NCBI GenBank assembly: GCA_024275095.1
Contig: JAJRZV010000065.1
Location: 1-49,265, forward strand
Length of the DNA: 49,265 bases
From: a bacterium
GTDB lineage: Bacteria; JAJRZV01
Direction: 5' to 3'
Shown here: piece after piece, positions 45,936 through 49,265 of the stretch
How the letters are laid out: each line of letters starts with the position of its first letter
How positions within the stretch are numbered: position 1 is the first letter of the stretch
Made by a program: the position numbers and the translations under genes
Notes under the pieces: model-generated
Database searches by the model: none
What the model was told of the DNA's origin: nothing
The model's input: the letters and a program-made list of their open reading frames with translations, nothing else

Positions 45936-48211
45936 AAAAACATCTCGTCAAAACAACCGTTTTTATTGCATTATTTGCACTGTTGGAAGGGTGTGAAGGG
46001 AGCAGGTCTTTGCCCGAAATCAATCCCTCTGTACTTTACTTCCCGTGCGGGATCCCGGCTCTTAATGTAGTAATCTCCGCGGCCGGGAAGGTGGAATATT
46101 CTGTCATTGCTACACCTTCATGGCTTTCTGTGACTCCTTCTTCAAGTTCGGGGGTGTATTCACTTGTGGTCACAGCAGCGGTTGCAAGGGAGGGTCTTTA
46201 CCCTGGGCAGTATTCAGAGCAGGTAATTTTTAATGTAAACGGCCATGAGATGGAAGTAACAGCCGTCGTGGACAACTGCGGAAGCGAAATATACGCATCG
46301 CCCGCCAGATTAAAATTCAGTGAAAGCGACGTGGAACTACCCCTTAGACTTTACTCCTTTAGTGATGCACCGGTGAACTGGGTGGCTTCTACAACGGCCA
46401 CCTGGTTAGAGCTCTCGCCTGTGTTCGGCACACTTTCAGAGGGACTGGATATCGTAAATGTGAGGGTTAACCGGTCAGGACTTTCCCCGGGAAGTTACAC
46501 AGCAACCATATCCATCTCAGGGCCTGTTTCTGCCACACATGTGGTGGTCGAAATGGTAAAGGCTGACCACCCGGTACTTTTCTTTCCTCAGGATCCCCTT
46601 ATCGTTGACGCATGTTCCGACTCGGTAACCCTTCCTGTAATCAACTTGGGAAGCGGCTCGTCACTGGTGCGACTCAACACCTCCTCTCCTCTCCTTTCTC
46701 CTGAACAGGCGTGGATGTTCTCCCGACCGGACGCTTTTGCCATACCACTGGTGGTTGATCGTTCAGCTTTCTCTCCAGACGCGTATCAGGTATCCATTAC
46801 CATATCTGATGCTTACGCCACTTACGGGGTAGATGCAAACGTAAAAGTCCAGGGGCAGAGTCTCGACTGGCTCCACATCACCAGGGTCGAACCACCACAG
46901 GGAGTAGTTACTCCTTCTTCATCTCTGAATTTTTCCTTTGATGCCACATCTTACATCGAAACAGCTCCATCCGGGGGATATTTGAACATCAACGTGTTCT
47001 CCAGCGACGGCAATACCATCCAGACATACCGGCAGAACGTATCCGCAGGACTTGTCGACTCCACGGTTTCCCTTTCTCTCACCGGTCTCGCTCCCGGTGA
47101 TTACCCGCTTTACATCGCCGTTCAGCTCGTCTCCAATACGGGCAGCGGAGTACCGGGTACTGTACTTGTCTATCCAGTTTCCAATACCTATTACGTACTG
47201 GTGAAAAACTACTCTTTCAGTAGAGGCTGGAGAGCGCGGTGGGCTGCGTCTGTAACGGCGGTGCTCGAATACAACCTGCCATACACGGCGACGGTGGGGT
47301 TATGGCTGCTGGACCAGTGGGGAAATACGATCGCATCGTGGAGCACAGTGAGGTACGGGAATGGTACAACGACAGTCTCGCTGGACTTTAATGCAAACGA
47401 ATGCACTAAATACCTGTACATTGAAGGACGAGTCTACGGCTTTTACTCGGGGAACCTGCTGGCGCGCAACACGTTCGTCGAAGAAAGGTGGGTGCGTTTT
47501 TCCGATGTGCCGGACAGGAAAGAACCAAATAGTCTCACCTCCCCTGCGGATGCTGGCACCATTGACGCAGTTAAAGTAATCGAGGGTAATTTTCACGCGC
47601 ATGATGAAAACGATGCCTATGTTATCTCCCTCACTCCTCCTGGATGGTTCACTTTCTACACCCTCTCACGTCACCCATTTCCAGAGGGGGTCAGTCTCTC
47701 GTTGTGGGACGAGGCATTTACCACTGCCATTACCTCCTCTTCAAGACGTGATCCCGTATTTTCCGATGCCGTGATCTCGCATTCTTTCACCGCACCGGTC
47801 ACAGTGGGAGTGCTGGTGTACCCTCTTTATTCGTGGAGAGGTTCGGGCAGTGAATATTCACTTGTAGCTGCGGCAGGAAAAATCACCGCCACAGTAACCA
47901 CATTCGCCGCCGCGGTGACTGAAAGTGTTATTTACTACACAGCCACAGTGACCAATACCGGCACCGCCCCTGCATATGGAGCCGTAGCAGGTGTGTACAT
48001 TGACGAACAAAGCGTTCCTTCTCAAGAAAAACATCCTGACCTGTACAAACGTGTGGACATTTCGTCCCTTTCTTCCCAAACAATCAGTTTTTCCTACCCA
48101 TGCCCTGCCTCCGGAACATTCAACTCATACTTCCGCATATGGGCGGGCGATAGTGACTTTGCAGACAATGTAACCGGTCCCGTGCAGGTGGTATGTCCCG
48201 ACAACAAGTAA
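45932..48211 (+). CDS. Surface lipoprotein with BACON-like, PPC-like and CARDB-like beta domains
   Basis: Lipobox LEGC; WLSVTPSS and WLELSP..G repeats; D..EPN...D.Y; ATVTNTGTAPA. ATGA overlap with the protease. Confidence 0.75.
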   Translation: MKKHLVKTTVFIALFALLEGCEGSRSLPEINPSVLYFPCGIPALNVVISAAGKVEYSVIATPSWLSVTPSSSSGVYSLVVTAAVAREGLYPGQYSEQVIFNVNGHEMEVTAVVDNCGSEIYASPARLKFSESDVELPLRLYSFSDAPVNWVASTTATWLELSPVFGTLSEGLDIVNVRVNRSGLSPGSYTATISISGPVSATHVVVEMVKADHPVLFFPQDPLIVDACSDSVTLPVINLGSGSSLVRLNTSSPLLSPEQAWMFSRPDAFAIPLVVDRSAFSPDAYQVSITISDAYATYGVDANVKVQGQSLDWLHITRVEPPQGVVTPSSSLNFSFDATSYIETAPSGGYLNINVFSSDGNTIQTYRQNVSAGLVDSTVSLSLTGLAPGDYPLYIAVQLVSNTGSGVPGTVLVYPVSNTYYVLVKNYSFSRGWRARWAASVTAVLEYNLPYTATVGLWLLDQWGNTIASWSTVRYGNGTTTVSLDFNANECTKYLYIEGRVYGFYSGNLLARNTFVEERWVRFSDVPDRKEPNSLTSPADAGTIDAVKVIEGNFHAHDENDAYVISLTPPGWFTFYTLSRHPFPEGVSLSLWDEAFTTAITSSSRRDPVFSDAVISHSFTAPVTVGVLVYPLYSWRGSGSEYSLVAAAGKITATVTTFAAAVTESVIYYTATVTNTGTAPAYGAVAGVYIDEQSVPSQEKHPDLYKRVDISSLSSQTISFSYPCPASGTFNSYFRIWAGDSDFADNVTGPVQVVCPDNK

Positions 48212-48912
48212 TCCAGTTTGTTCAGCAGCATCCGGGCACTGCTGCAATAACGCTTTCGTTTGTCATGCACGTGGTCTTTTTTACCACCCTTCACTGGTCT
48301 GCAACGCATCACAAACCGGCAATTTCATTCAATTCCGTCCGTGTCCGTCTTACCGCCATATCCAGACCCGCGCCGTCGCAACCTGGCACACTGACCGGAG
48401 GCTCCACGGGTACTGAAAAAGCTATTCAAGCCAAACCGTCCGCTCGCAAGCCGGTAAAGGTGAAGAAGCGAGCCGGCAAAAAAGGGAAAAAGACACGGGT
48501 GGCCTCGAGAACAGGACCGAGCAGCAGTGTGCTGGACATTCTCAAAGAAATCGGTGAAGGAGGAGCTTCAACATCGTCATCTTCCATATTTTCCAGCCTC
48601 ACGGCAGGGGGAGCTGAAGCCCGCAGCACCTCTGGCGAATCATCCATTGATTCCGCCGTATGGTCAAGATATGCCGACAGTGTATGGAGGCTGGTCCATT
48701 CACGCTGGCGGCCGCCACCTGGAGAAGGAGAAGAGGCGGTTATTGTTGTAGTGCTCAACCCCGACGGGTCCATAAAACAGGTGTATGTAGAAAAAAGTTC
48801 GGGATTTGTATCTTACGACTCGCGTGCATTGGAGGCAGTACGTAAAAGCGCTCCCTTTCCTCCACCCCCGGGGGGACAATCAGTGGAATTGGCCTTTCGT
48901 TTTATCCGATAA
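48193..48912 (+). CDS. TolA/TonB C-terminal domain protein
   Basis: TM S..MH (TLSFVMHVV), Lys-rich linker, W..P, KSSG..YD..AL.AV..SAPFPPPP. Precedes a tolB-like gene. Confidence 0.88.
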   Translation: MSRQQVIQFVQQHPGTAAITLSFVMHVVFFTTLHWSATHHKPAISFNSVRVRLTAISRPAPSQPGTLTGGSTGTEKAIQAKPSARKPVKVKKRAGKKGKKTRVASRTGPSSSVLDILKEIGEGGASTSSSSIFSSLTAGGAEARSTSGESSIDSAVWSRYADSVWRLVHSRWRPPPGEGEEAVIVVVLNPDGSIKQVYVEKSSGFVSYDSRALEAVRKSAPFPPPPGGQSVELAFRFIR

Positions 48913-48988
48913 TTTGTGCTAATTTTTTGCCGGGGTTGTGATTGAACTGATGATAGCTATAGGATAAAGAACAACAGGATTTTATGAA

Positions 48989-49265
48989 ATGAGCTGCAAA
49001 ATATTATTCATAGTAATTGTATTGTGCCTTCTGCCTTTCCACGTAAAAGCGTTGAGGCTTTATATTGATGTGACCTCCGGAGAAATACAGCCTTACACGT
49101 TCGTGATCAACGAGTCGCATGCAGCAGAAACTGCGGGTGTGCTCAGGAAGGATCTTATTTACTCGGGATATTTTGTAGAACACCGCGGGGGCGAAATCAC
49201 CATCGAAGTCAAAGGGGCCGGTCGTGCGGTAAAATTTCGTGCCGTCGCCGGAAAGGAAGTAATAG
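48989..49265 (+). CDS. tolB: TolB-like protein, N-terminal part (runs off the window)
   Basis: Not in the ORF track. Hand translation MSCKILFIVIVLCLLPFHVKALRLYIDVTSGEIQP..VLRKDLIYSGYF shows a signal peptide and the TolB_N pattern. Confidence 0.7.
   Translation, partial: MSCKILFIVIVLCLLPFHVKALRLYIDVTSGEIQPYTFVINESHAAETAGVLRKDLIYSGYFVEHRGGEITIEVKGAGRAVKFRAVAGKEVI

Overview
Chromosomal window of a Gram-negative bacterium with a deltaproteobacterial-type gene repertoire (split atp operon with b'/b, DUF4388, MXAN_5187-like protein, TsaP-like LysM protein, CFI-box C-terminus); this taxonomy is inferred, not proven. In order: a CzcCBA-type metal efflux operon with a P-II-like gene; a decayed WYL regulator; a cation/H+ antiporter coupled to atpF'FHAGDC; HU; gcvPA/PB; a pseudokinase-FGE membrane protein; an orphan substrate-binding protein, cpoB, LysM, GNAT and trxA; an Rrf2-led sulfur-relay cluster (ThrC-like, cysteine synthase, JAB protease, Ubl::NIL fusion, TusA, Sat, MBL hydrolase); mazG; TPR-DUF4388-phoH-7TM-HD-ybeY-like-corC; a TPR lipoprotein with a TonB-dependent receptor; a degenerate metallophosphoesterase; an Rsm22-like methyltransferase; an M6 protease, a BACON/PPC/CARDB lipoprotein, tolA-like and partial tolB. 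The best candidate for a new system is a ubiquitin-like sulfur carrier whose Gly-Gly is masked by an in-frame NIL domain. It sits next to a JAB protease and two PLP enzymes, with no E1 gene in the cluster. Also notable: three apparent pseudoenzymes and repeated leaderless-type promoters. No rRNA, tRNA, CRISPR array or intact mobile element was recognised. All family assignments come from reading motifs by eye; no searches were run.
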